Part shown: piece after piece, positions 40,921-54,128 of the stretch | Layout: every line of letters begins with the position of its first letter | How positions within the stretch are numbered: position 1 is the stretch's first letter | The notes under the pieces: generated by a model | Told to the model about the DNA's origin: nothing | What the model saw: the letters and a program-made list of their open reading frames with translations, nothing else | Database searches by the model: none | Position numbers and translations under genes: made by a program | Assembly (NCBI RefSeq): GCF_009914755.1 | Contig: NC_060932.1 | Strand: one strand, 5' to 3' | Length of the DNA: 64,000 nucleotides | Source: the human T2T-CHM13v2.0 reference genome, Homo sapiens

Positions 40921-41022
40921 AAGAAAGAGAGAAAGAGAGAGAGAGAGAAAGAGAGAAAGGAAGGAGGGAAGGAAGGAAGGAAGGAAGGAAGGAAGGAAGG
41001 AAGGAAGGAAGGAAGGAAGGAA
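40921..41022. repeat. (GA)n / (GGAA)14 polypurine microsatellite
   Basis: Uninterrupted GGAA from 40967 to 41022. Confidence 0.95.
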
Positions 41023-41284
41023 GACAAAATGAAACAGAGAAAAAGACTGGAAAATAAAAGCCCAAATGGAACATTAGTGAGCTATGACACTGCATGTTGG
41101 AGTCCCTGAAGAAGAACAGATGGGCAGAGTCTCTAATTTGCACACTGCCACCCTCAGGGACTTGTGTATGGGGGTGCTCTGTTGTTAAATAAATGAATGG
41201 TGCTGTTGCCTTGTGACCTTGCACTCTTCCGCTCTATGGAGTTGGTCTAATAATGAGAGTCATAGTAACGATGGTGATGATGAC

Positions 41285-41465
41285 AGCCCTTCATTCACTG
41301 ATCACAGGACATGTGAGAATACACAGAATCCTTTCTTTTCCCCTTGCAGCAGTCCTGTGAAATCAGGGTCACTATCCTCACATTACAGATGAGGAAATAA
41401 GCATATGAGGCTTCTTTGTCCCATGAAGGTTTAGCCAGCACAAGTATCTTGGGGAATCCAATTTG
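41285..41465 (-). mobile_element. MIR
   Basis: cattacagatgaggaaataagc. Confidence 0.65.
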
Positions 41466-41868
41466 ATTGTATAAATTCACATAGTTTTGTGAGAAGTTGA
41501 GCCCCTGGATGTGATTTGAGCTAGAGGAGAGGGGATCGGAGAACAGCCTTGGTTTAATCTTTCATTTAACTTGTGTGCATGGCAAGTCTTTTTCCGTCTC
41601 CAGTCCTCATGTTTTCTTCCTATGATAGGAGAACATTTGAATAAATTGGTCTCTAGGAGCCCTTCCACTGTGAGTATTGGTTTCCATCACTTGTGTGTTG
41701 GGAATAAATTTGTCCAGGCTACTTAAGGCAGTCACTTTCAGTTATGTGGCATTTGTACATGAAACATATGTAGCATTGTCTCATAAATGACACTGAAAAC
41801 AAAACTTTAACGAATGTTAATAATGTTTGATGACTCAAAAACTGGCGCATAATTCCCTGTTTCCCTAA

Positions 41869-42208
<340 letters not shown>

Positions 42209-42436
42209 TATTTTAATCTATTCTTGATGACAAAGAGTAACACAGTGATGCCTCCATGACCAATGAGATGTAGAACACTATCTACCCTGAAACTATATGT
42301 CCACATTGGTCTGCTTTAAGTAAGTTAAGTTTACTATCCCATCTTTAGGTTGTCAGCTCTCAGTTTTCACTAATATGAGCATTCCTTCCTCTTCAGGGTC
42401 TCCCTCCAGTGTGCCGTGGGCCAGACCCTGTGGCAA

Positions 42437-42816
42437 ACACACACCCTCACATACACACACCCTCACATACACACACCCTCACATACACACACCCTCACAT
42501 ACACACACCCTCACACACACACACACTCACATACACACACCCTCACATACACACACCCTCACATACACACACACTCACATACACACACCCTCACATACAC
42601 ACACCCTCACATACACACACCCTCACATACACACACCCTCACATACACACACACTCACATACACACACCCTCACATACACACACCCTCACATACACACAC
42701 ACTCACATACACACACCCTCACATACACACACTCACATACACACACCCTCACATACACACACACTCACATACACACACCCTCACATACACACACACTCAC
42801 ATACACACACACTCAC
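42437..42816. repeat. 16-bp minisatellite (ACACACACCCTCACAT)n, ~23 copies
   Basis: Read directly; includes variant units ACACACACACTCACAT and 18-mers. Confidence 0.95.
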
Positions 42817-43591
42817 TGCTTTACTGCAGTGTGACCACCCTGAAGCTGCAGAGTCGGTTTTTATAACTCTGATACTAACTGGACGGATGTCACACAAGCC
42901 ATGAGAAAGGAGGACCACAGCATGCCTACAGCATGGTTTTGTGTGGAGCCTGTCCTAGACATCTCCCTCTGGGCTCCTCATCTTTGCAGAGTCCTTCCTC
43001 TGGGCTCATCTTGCCAGCTTTCCCTTGGTTCTGGCTTCTAAATTTCTAGCATAGCCTGGAGTATGGTTTTGGTCTTTGAGTTGGTCTTCATGGGAGTGAG
43101 CTTTGCAAGTATGTGGTCTTGGTCATTGCCAAGTACTGTTTGCATATCATCCCACAGTCACTCCTCAGGCATTTGAACCCCCTCCCCCCTCAGATAACTC
43201 TCAGACTCCCCAATAATTGCACATGCATGGCCTCAGACATCCAAGGGGCTCCCCTTGTCATGAACACCATTTTGACTGAATACACTGATTTTGCTCACAC
43301 CTCTACAGCTCTTTGAATGACAAAGTTATGAACAATTTGACCTGTTACACATAACATAGATAACGTGACATGGAGCTATTAGCAGCATGAACTCAGGCAG
43401 TTGTAATTACTTTCATAAGATAATTGCTTAAACTCATAGTATTTCTAACTTGCAGTTTCTCACAATTGCATCTTAACCTGTAAATTGACTATATATTTTA
43501 AGCTGAAATATTTTAAAGTGAATTGCAGGTATATCCCCCCTAAATATTTCCAAATGTATCTCTAAAACATAGACCATTTTCTTAAACAGTC

Positions 43592-44306
<715 letters not shown>

Positions 44307-44864
44307 TGTCAAAATAACAGTATAATATCAAGAAACTAATAATAATGTATTAGTATTCTCTAACCTCTATTTTGTGTTCAGTTTCTCCTGACATCCCCAC
44401 CGGAACCCAATCTGTGATCGTGCGTTGCACCTGGCTGTCACTTCCCTTGTGTCTCTTTTAATTGGTGGAAGTCTATGCGCTGTCTCCCCTGCTGGATTTT
44501 TCTGGTCACTTCCCTGACAGTGTCTCCTGGCTTGCCGCTGTGTCCCCTGTTTCTTCCATAGCTGGCAGGTCCTGCAGCCCAAGGCTCCAGATGCCTCCAC
44601 CCTTCCCCATGGCCCAGGCTATTCTGACCTATGGCTGAACACTTCCTTGAAGGGCAAGAGGACACTGGTGAGGAGCACCCCAGGGAGCAGAGGGAAATTT
44701 CTCCGTCCCCAACCTGCTAAGTCCCCTACAGCAGGGATACTTCCTGATTTCAGAAGAAAAAAGGAAAGTGCTGACAATTGAACTTCATCACCTACACCTT
44801 GGCTCTTGTACCAGGCTCCCCGCTGTCCTCCCTGCTTCCGGGCCAATCCCTTCCAAAGCATCCT

Positions 44865-45900
44865 GTAGTTTGTTTAGTTCCGTTGGACAGACTGTATTGA
44901 GCTTCCCCAATGTGCCAGGCATGGAGCTAGGGGACAGGGTTGCAATGTTGTATAGGAATGAGTTCTGAGTCCCAGTCCTTCAGCCCACAGGCTAGTGGGG
45001 AAGGTGAGGCTGTCATCAGGTAACAGCATCGCAGTGCAGTGTATGGGTCTTTATATGGGGTGCACTGAGGACACCTATGATGGACGCTTAGTCCAGTCTG
45101 GGGCCAGAAACCTTTCCAGAGGAGATGCTCCCTGAGATTGTCTTGAGGGGCAGATGAGACTCATGCAGCCATAGTGGAGGGAGGGAAGGGCATTCCAGGC
45201 AGGGGGAACAGCCCAGCTGCAGGCATTGGGGCAGGGAGCAACATGGGTCTCAGGGCTCTACAAGCAGCTATGGGTTCCCCTGGAGTGTGACTCGGCATGA
45301 GGCTGTGCCATGGAGGAGCAGATATGTTCCACCGAGGAACTGGGACTTTACGTTGTGAGTGATGGGGGCTCACTGAGAGGTGTCAAGAAGGGGCAGGCAC
45401 AGTCAGGTCTGTATGTCAGGAGCTCAGGTGAGTGGAGTGCCCGAGGGCAGGTGGGGTGAAGGGAGGTGGGCACCCAGGTGAGAGCTAGTGCAGGGCTGGG
45501 GAGGGGTGCCAAGGCCTTGGCCCAGGTGGGGGCAGTGGGAGAGGAGGGGCAGAGATGGACAGGGTAGAACTGAGGGCACCTGCGATTGGTAGGGGTGCGG
45601 ATGAGGGAGGGAGAAAAGGCCATTGCCAGGTTTCTGGCCTGGTTGCCACTGCCCATTAACACAGGGAGGTGAAACTGCCTAAGGAAGAACCGTGGTGCTG
45701 GAGGATCAGGAAAGATGACTTGGTTCTGGAAAGTGTTGGAGTTAAGGTGCCTGGAGTGCCTGGATCGTGTTCCACTTATTAGGGGGTGGGCCGACCCAGG
45801 CGGCGATGCTAAGCAGGTGCTCTGGCGTGCTTGTCTAAGCTCTGAGGAGAAGCCTGGGTGGTGGGTATGGTGTTGTCAGCAGATGCACAGCAGCTGGCAT
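44865..45900 (-). mobile_element. L2, decayed
   Basis: tattgagcttccccaatgtgccaggc...ctaggggacag; gggaagggcattccaggcagggggaacagc; ccaggtttctggcctgg. Confidence 0.7.
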
Positions 45901-47977
45901 GGTGAGAATGGATGATACCACCCAGGTCATAGACAGAAAATTGCAGTGGGCCGAGGTGGCCGAATGGTCGGAGAAGGGGGAGGAGAAACGAGGAGCATGT
46001 GGATGATGCCACAGGAGGGTTCGAAGAACAGCAGAGAAATGTATAGCGTTCCACACCCCAGGTCCAGAGAGACAAAGCCTGGAAAAAGTGCCGTGCGCTG
46101 GGAAACAGGGCGGACACGGTGTCCCTTGCCAGTGCAGTTTCAGTGGAGTAGGAGGAGGAGAGGAACAATACAGTGGCTTAACCTTCCATTAATGGGTACA
46201 GGCATTTGGACCCCAGGAGGAAAGAGGAGGGAGGATGAGATAAAAATGACAGTCGAAGTACTGGAGTCAAACAGGTGAGGTCCGCATCACCTCTGTTCAA
46301 ACCCAGCCACATGTTCATCCTGGACTGAAACCCAAGTTCCTCAATCCAGGCCTCGGTGGTCCCAGGAACTGGTCCAAGCCTGCATTTGGAACTTTCTGGA
46401 GAGAGATCGCCCTCTACTTCCCCATAAGCCTCCATCCCGGCAGATTAGCCCGAGCATGGACCACTCCCCTGCCTCTGCACTTCTGCTATTCCTCATCCTG
46501 GAACCCCCTTCCCAGACTTCTTTGTCCCGCCAAGTCCCGTGTACCTTTCAAGACTGAGACCCTGCCTCACTTCGTTTGGGAGGTCTTCTCTGTCTACTCC
46601 AGCAGAAACCATCTCATACCCTCACACCCTCAGTAATGGTGAGCCCAGCCCACTTTTTTCTTCCCCACACAATTGAGATGTCTCCCCAGTCAGACCAGCC
46701 TCTTCAGTGCTGGATACTGAATCTTGCATTTTCTTTTTTTTACAGTCCCTAGACTGCCCAGCCTCTGTCCCAGGGTGGGACTTCATTAGCCACAGAGGGG
46801 AATCTCAAAGGTAGGCAGTAAGGCCCTGGGGCTGCTTTCCAGGGCCTCGCACACAAAGTTCGGTCTCCTGAACTCACCACATCTCCGCTGTCTTCCCAAC
46901 ACCGAGTTCAGAGAGCAGGAGAGATAGGCAGGTCCAGGCCTTGCCCCCAGTGGCTGGAGAGCCTGACGCACACAGCCCAGGCTTTGCTGCAGCAGAGGAA
47001 AGGGCAGGTGCTTCCCGGAGAGCCTAGTTCTCTTTCGAGGGACAACGCCAGAGCCTGTTTGCGGGGAGCAGCCGACACCACGCTGGATGTTTTGTGCACA
47101 TAATCTCATTTAACCTTCACAATCTGAATTGTTCTTATTCTCAAATTCCTGCTGTGAGAGTGAATTCTCAGGGCTTGACCAGCTTAGTTGCAAACCGCAG
47201 AAGCAGCCTTAGCTGATAGTGAAGAGAGGAAAGGCTTTATGAGAGACGTGAGTGAGCTCCAGGCTCACTGAACAGTGGGGGCACAGGCTCTGGGGTGATC
47301 TTGCAGGAACGACTTTCTGAGCCTGATGGAACTGGCCTGGTCAGGAGCCAGGCTGCAAGACCCTGGCCCCGCGTGGCCTCTGCTACAATCCAAGTCCCGT
47401 GCCTGTGTGCCCTGCAGCCTCAGAGGCTGGGAAACAGCTTTTTTTGTGTGTTTTGCTTTTTTTTGTTTTGTTTTGTTTTAAATTCTACATTGGGAAAGTG
47501 GATTTACAATAAGGAAACCATAAAACACGGAGAGAATGTTCCTAGGGGTTTGGGCATCCTTGCACTACCGTCCTATCTGTGCCGTACCTCAGGCAGACCC
47601 AGAACGTTTACAGATTTGCCAGCGAAGGAAACTAAAGCTCAGAGAGGCAAACTCACAGCTGGTTTTGGGGCAGCTGGGATCCAGGACTGTGATGGGAAGT
47701 TTCCATTCTTTCCACGTGGCTTGGAGGATTAGGCTCTCAAAGCAGAAAAGTGACGGTGGCTTTGACAGAAACAGGAAAAAGGGGGGTGGGTTCTGTGGGG
47801 ATGGAGATGGCTCACCTTTAAAGATACCAAAGGCGCTGTTGGGATTCAGGTGGCCACATCCGACAAGCAGTTGGAGGTTGAGATTTGGAGCCATTTAGCC
47901 TGTCTTCCTGGCCTTGGAGAGAAGTTCTGAACAAAACGCCTCTATGAATTTAGTCTCAAGATCTCTACGTGTTTCTC

Positions 47978-48182
47978 AACACACATGCATACACAAGGAC
48001 ACACGCAGACACACACATTAGCACACAGACATACACAGACACACAGTGACACATGCATAAACAGGGACACACACATGGACACATGCACATATGTGCACAT
48101 ACACTGACATGCTCTGACACACACTTGACACACACTTGTGCCCACACGCGCGCACACACACACGCACAAACACACACACACA
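47978..48182. repeat. Degenerate CA-rich simple repeat
   Basis: Read directly. Confidence 0.9.
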
Positions 48183-49410
48183 GGTAACATTGACAGCCTG
48201 TGGCTGTAGAAGTGCTTCCAAGGGCCTTTCTTTTTTGTCCTTGTCTGGAGTTTACAGCACTTGGAAAATGTCAGGCGTGGGAGGCCTTTTGGTCTTGGGT
48301 TAGGGTAAACTCCCTCCACATATTTGGAGAGCCTCCAGGCCCTGCAAACCGCTCACAAAGCAGATAACAGTGACCTTGCTGCTGAGGGAGGACGGCCCTG
48401 CCGAGGCCAGGGAGCTGTGCTGGCAGAGCTGAGGTTACCTCTCCTCCCCGCTGCACCTGGGTCGGCTCTGATGTCAAAGACCTCCCCCGCTCCATCCCCG
48501 GTTGGGCTCCCGGCCCTCTTTGTGCCGGAAACACAAGGCCCAGCTCTCAGGGAGGAGGGGAGGGCAGAGCACTGCTCTGTAGTTCCAGGTGGAGAACAGC
48601 CCAGCTCTCCCCTAGGGGCTGCAGGCTGAGTGTCCGACTCCAACCCCCTTGCCTTTTTGCAGGCCCAAAGCGGCTTCTCCAGGATGGCGACAGATTTTCC
48701 AAGACTCATCCCAGGCTGGAGGGGGCCCAGCTGCAACTTCACTGGTGTGTGTATGTGTGGGTGTCCACAGGTTGAGCTGACCCTGAGAGTCCTGGTGCTA
48801 GAGGGCTGTGGAGGTCATGTCATCCCAACAGAACCCTCTCTGCTGGCATTCCCTTCAAGGGCTCATCCTGACCCATTCAGGGAGCTCACTGCTACCAGGG
48901 GCAGCCTATGGATGGTGGAGCCTCTCCAGGTTTCTGCCTCTCTGTCACTTCCACTTGGTGGCCTTAATTGCACCTCTTGAGCTACTCAGATTAGGACTAG
49001 CCCTTCTTCCACATATGTGAAAACAGCTGCATTCATACATTCAGCTACATATAGCTTTGAAGCCCTCCCCAGTCAGCCAGCTCCCTCTCTTTGGCCCCCA
49101 TTTGCAAGTTAGGGAAAGTTCAAGTCTGACTGGGTGCAAGGCCTGGTGCTGGGAGCTGGGGATAGACACATGGTTTGCTACAAGTAGTTGGTGGCCTAGT
49201 GGAGGAGGCAGACGGCAGGCCCTGGTCAGCGTGCTGAGTCTGGGGGAGGGGATAGCAAGCCTGCAGGAGGACATGCAGGAGTTACTCTGCTGGGGAGCTG
49301 GGGGCCTTAAGGTGCTCCAGACAGAGGGGACAGGATGCGCAAAGCCTGAATGGTGCAGCACAGTGCCCTGACCTGCAGGTGGTTCAGAATGTGTGGGTCT
49401 CAAGCAAGCC

Positions 49411-49940
49411 TACCGGGTATGCACCCAAAGGAAAATATATCATTCTACCAAAAAGACACCTGCATTTGTATGTTCATTGCAGCATGATTCACAATTGCAA
49501 AGATATGGAATCAACTTAGGTGCTTATTAGCAGTGGACTAGATAAAGAAAATGTGGTATATATACACCATGGAATACTATGCAGCCATAAAAAGAAGGAA
49601 ATCACGTCCCTTGCAGCAACATGGGAATGCAGCTGGAGGCTATTATCCTAAGCCAATTAATGCAGGAACCGGAAACCAAATACTACATGTTCTCACTTGT
49701 AAGTGACATAAACCTTGGGTACACGTGGACATAAAGATGGGAACAACAGACATCAGAGACTTCAAAAGAAACAGGAGGGTGAGAGGGGCAAGGGCTGAAA
49801 ATCTTTCTATATGCTACTATGTTCGCTGTCTGGGTGATGGGATCCATAGAAGCCCAAACGTCAGCATCATCCAATATACCCTTGTAACAAACCTGCACAT
49901 GTATCCCCAAACCTAAAGTTATAATTAAGTGAAAAAGAAA
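49411..49940 (+). mobile_element. 5'-truncated L1 (old L1PA/L1PB) 3' end
   Basis: acccaaaggaaaatatatcattctaccaaaaagacac...gtaacaaacctgcacatgtatcccc; degenerate TSD. Confidence 0.9.
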
Positions 49941-52439
49941 ATATGGGTTGCAAACAGCTGCAGCGCTTGCAGGGCCTCAGGGCATTGCCTTATCCTGAGG
50001 ACCATGGCAGGGGTGGGAGGGTGGCAGCGTTCTGAAGTGTTTTCAGCAGGAGATGCAGAATTAGGTGCGAATTTAGTTGGAGAAGGGGTTTCAGGGGCTG
50101 TCCAGTGGTGTGGGCAGAGAGTCCCGCACAGGGGGCTGCAGTGGCTCTGGCGAGAGGTGGTGGTACCTAAGTGCCAGTTGTGGCAGTGGCCACGGGGCTT
50201 GGGAGCTGTAGGTGGAGTTGGGCAGACCAAGCCCTCTCTCCTCTGGCCATGGAGCTCCAGAGTCCACACAGATGTCTACGGATCTAGCTCGAAGCCCTCC
50301 CTGATCAGCCAGCTCCCTCTCTTTGGCCCCCATTTGCAAGGTCAAGAAAGTTCAAATGCGGTGCTCAGGATGGAAGCAGACTTCTAAGTGATGTCTGACA
50401 CTGTGGGCTATTTCGGCACTTTGTTTTCCTCCTTCTCGCCTCTGTCTTCTCTGCCACCAAGGTTGACACTAGTGGCCTGGTAGCCACGGAGCACAGTGGG
50501 CTCCTACAGAACTCACAGTGTCTCCTGAAGACCCCAAAACTCCTCCATGCCGTCTGTTTCAAGCCCACACTCCCTCTGCCCTCATTGTGGAACTCGGCAG
50601 TTGGTATCTAGTGCTTAATAACAGGAACGCACATTTATGATTATTCTTTGCATTATCCCAATGAGATTCAATTTTCTTCGATTCAAGTCCTCCCACCTGC
50701 ACCGCTTTCTCCTTTAAAGCAAGAGCCCTGGCTCAGAAGCCTCGAGGCTTGGCCTCTAGATTGATTTGTGACTTTCAACCGTAGTTCCATCTGCTTATAA
50801 AAACATAAGTCATGCCCTTTTTCACGCCGAAAAGTGTGAAAAAAGAATTTTATATTTTGCAAAAGTTTTCCCTAGAAGTTGCTGCCTGGGATATTTTTCA
50901 TTCCATCTTGAAGGGATAACACTGCTAGTTGTATGGAGCAGTGAGGCAGCTGGGCCCAGCTCTGTCCACCTTCCGGCAGCCCCCAGAGGAACCTCGGGCG
51001 GCCTCTTGGGGCCCACTGGGCAAACTCAGGGAAAGACAGAGTCCGCCTGGCCGGCTTTCCTGAAGTACCTCCACCTGGGCCTGCGCAGCTGCCAGCTGGC
51101 TTGAGGCATGGTGGACACGCTCTTTTCTGGGACCTCTGAAAGACCATGTGAGTGCGATAGGAGTGTGTGTGTGAAGTGGGGGTCAGGTTATTAGGGGTGG
51201 AGGGAAGGGAGCTGTTTGATTAATGAGTGTCCTGTGAACCTGCACATTTGCCCAAGGCTGCATTCCTGGGCTTTCAAACCCGGGCAGTTTGATAAGCTGG
51301 GACCAAAGTCCTCTTTCCGCCCAGCAAGAAGAGCAAACAGGGCCACTCACTAATCCCAGCCCTGGCCTCTGGGGCTGTCTCTCGGCAACCAGCTAGCCAA
51401 GTGGCCTTTCACAAGCTAATCAATGAGCATCCCTGGGACCTCTGGGAGGCCTGGCCAGCTTGCCTCAGTAGGACAGGAGGGAGGCCAGGCTCACCCAACC
51501 TCCAGCATGCAGTCTGAAGGCCTGTGCTTAGCCAACTGGGCCCTTCATGACGGCAGTACCTGCAGTCTCTCCCGCTCCTTCCTGCAATCATTCCCACAGG
51601 GCAGCTTATCAGCCGGGCCTCCTCCATTCCTCCAGTGCCCGCCTAGAATGCTCTTCCCTACTTCCATAGCTCCTTCCCTAATCTCCCTCCCCCAGGAAGC
51701 TGTCCCTGACCAGCCTCCATGGGACACCCCCTTCCCTGCATCCCTACTGCCCCGGAGCCCTGGGTTACGGTTTAGCACCAGATACTTCTTCAGTCTGTTC
51801 CTGTGTGTTGGTTTGGTATCGCCAACTAGACTGTAAGCACCTTGAGGGTAGGGCTTCAATCTTCGGATCGTCCACAGTGGGGGGCACACTGGTGACTTTG
51901 GGAGGGTAATATTGGCGAGGGGTGGGCTTGTGGGAACAGGGGACAGATCCAGGGGTAGAGGCAGGCAGCTCTGAGGCCGGAGACCTCAATCCCAGTAAGA
52001 TGTGGAGGGGAGGCTCTGGGAGATAAAAGGCAGCCGTGGAGTCAGGACTGGGGAAATGTTTATTTCTGGGGAGTCGCAGTAGGTACCTGTGGGGCATGGG
52101 GGTGTGGGCCCAGCCTGTCTCCATCCTCTACTCTAGCCTCTGAGAACTGCTTCTCTCCTTGGTGGGGCCCAAGCGATGGAACTGCATCTGTGTCTGCACC
52201 ACTGGCTCCTTGTTCTTGACTACAGATGATTTGTATTGGGATGGACCCCGTAGGGCCCTCCAGATTCTCTTCCCTGGAAACTTGGGCTTAGGACTGAGAG
52301 AGACACATCTCCATCTCTGGGTGTTTGCCTCTGACAAGATGCAACCAGCTATGGGCTGTCTGCAGGGGGGAGCAGTGGGAACCAGACCGCGAGACAGAAG
52401 GAGGAGGCAGAGGTGCACAGAGGAGCTGAGACCAGGAAC

Positions 52440-52655
52440 TCATAGCCCAGCTTGTGGACGATTTTGCTTCATATATCATCTAAACCAACCCTCACTGCCC
52501 TCCTAAGATATAGGTACTGTTAAGATCCTTTTTTATACATGGGGAGAATCAGGCTTAGAGAAGTTAAGTAATTCACCAAAACACACACAGCCGATAAGAG
52601 GGAGACTTGAACCCCGTCCTGCTGACTTACAGAGTCCAAGTGTCACATTTCTCCT
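52440..52655 (-). mobile_element. MIR
   Basis: aggcttagagaagttaagtaattcacc...acacagc...acttgaaccc. Confidence 0.75.
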
Positions 52656-52784
52656 CCCTTTGCTCCCAGCAGCTTTGTAGATCCAGGCCCCGGTCTCTCA
52701 TGAGAACTTTCTGTACATCTCACACTTCAGTTCCACAGGATACCAGAAGAACTGTGACCAGCACTACTGTAACAAGGTTTTACT

Positions 52785-52785
<1 letters not shown>

Positions 52786-52841
<56 letters not shown>

Positions 52842-53100
52842 CATTCATTTATTCACCCACTCATCCATCTATCCATCTAATAATCTATTCATCCATCCAT
52901 CCATCCATCCATTTATCCATCCATCCAGATATCCATCCATCCATCCATCCATTTATCCATTTATCCATCCATCCATCCATCCATCCATCCATCCATCCAT
53001 CCATCATCTATCAATCCACCTATCCAACCATCTATCTATCCTTCCATCCATCCATCATCCATCCTTCCATCCATCCATCCATCCATCCATATCTACCTGT
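52786..53100. repeat. (TATC)14 tetranucleotide STR followed by an imperfect (TCCA)n
   Basis: TATC from 52786 to 52841, then a TCCA array. Confidence 0.95.
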
Positions 53101-53954
53101 ATAGCTAGGTAATGAGCAGCAATCACTTATTGAACCCTGCTGTGGACAAAACACTGCAACAGGTGCTGTGATGTTCTCAATCCTGCCTACCAGCACAGAT
53201 GATGAGGGAAGGCAGATGACTACTTGTCTAACTATGTGGTACAGACAGACAAGCCAGTGTATCTATTAAAGTTCCCATGTAGAAATTACTACAGTTGCAG
53301 ATTCCTTGACCCTTCCCAGGGATTCTAATTCAGAACAGGAGAGGAGCTCAGGAATCCGCTTTTCCAACAAATTCTTCAAGGGAACCTGATGTAGGTGATC
53401 CATAGAGCACACCTTGTAAAACGGCTGCCTGGAGAGTGTTGTTCAAAGCGATAGAGGGTCAGTGAGACCTGAGACAGTCAGGGAAGGCCACCTAGGGTCG
53501 AGGCCAGGCAGTCTCATGTCCCCTAGCAGGGCCTGGAAAACCTGGGAAAGAGTGGCGGGGTGAAGGGAGAGAGACCCAGGTCAGTGGGCAGCTTGGGCAA
53601 GGGCCTCAGGGTCTTCCCGTGGTGAGGGGCAGCCACCAGGGCAGAGGGCAATCTGTAGGAAGCTAGGTAAGCAGAAAAAGGCCATGGTCAGCTTTTGCTC
53701 AGTAACCATGATGTCACAAATGCAACAGCCAAAAAGTGTTCTGCCCACCTAGCCTCCGTGGAATTGGGTGCATTTCCACGCACATTTCTAGGGACTAAAT
53801 GGACCTTCCATGGTGAAGAGGAAGGAACTTGTGTCTAATGCCTGGTCCAGGACTACAAAATAAAAAAAAACTTAAAGCAATTAGGGTTTCAGTGGGCATG
53901 AGAATGGTTGGAAACCCTGGAGATCTTGGGCTGAATGAGGACTGATAGATCATC

Positions 53955-54128
53955 TCATCATCATCATCATCATCATCATTATTGATTATCAATGTCATCA
54001 TCATTGTCAATGATTATTAATGTCATTATCATTGTCAATGATTATCAATGTCATCATTATCAATGATTATCCATGTCATCATTATCATCGATGGCATCAT
54101 TGTCAGTAATGATCAATGTCATCATCAT
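53955..54128. repeat. (TCA)n grading into a ~25-28-bp higher-order repeat (atgattatcaatgtcatcat...)
   Basis: Read directly. Confidence 0.9.

Noticed and set aside
42375-42904. His/Thr-rich 140-163 aa ORFs; CRISPR-like periodicity
   Set aside because: Translation of a head-to-tail VNTR with no unique spacers and no cas genes, in a eukaryotic context
52607-53104. 165-aa 'IHPS' repeat ORF
   Set aside because: Translation of the TATC/TCCA microsatellite
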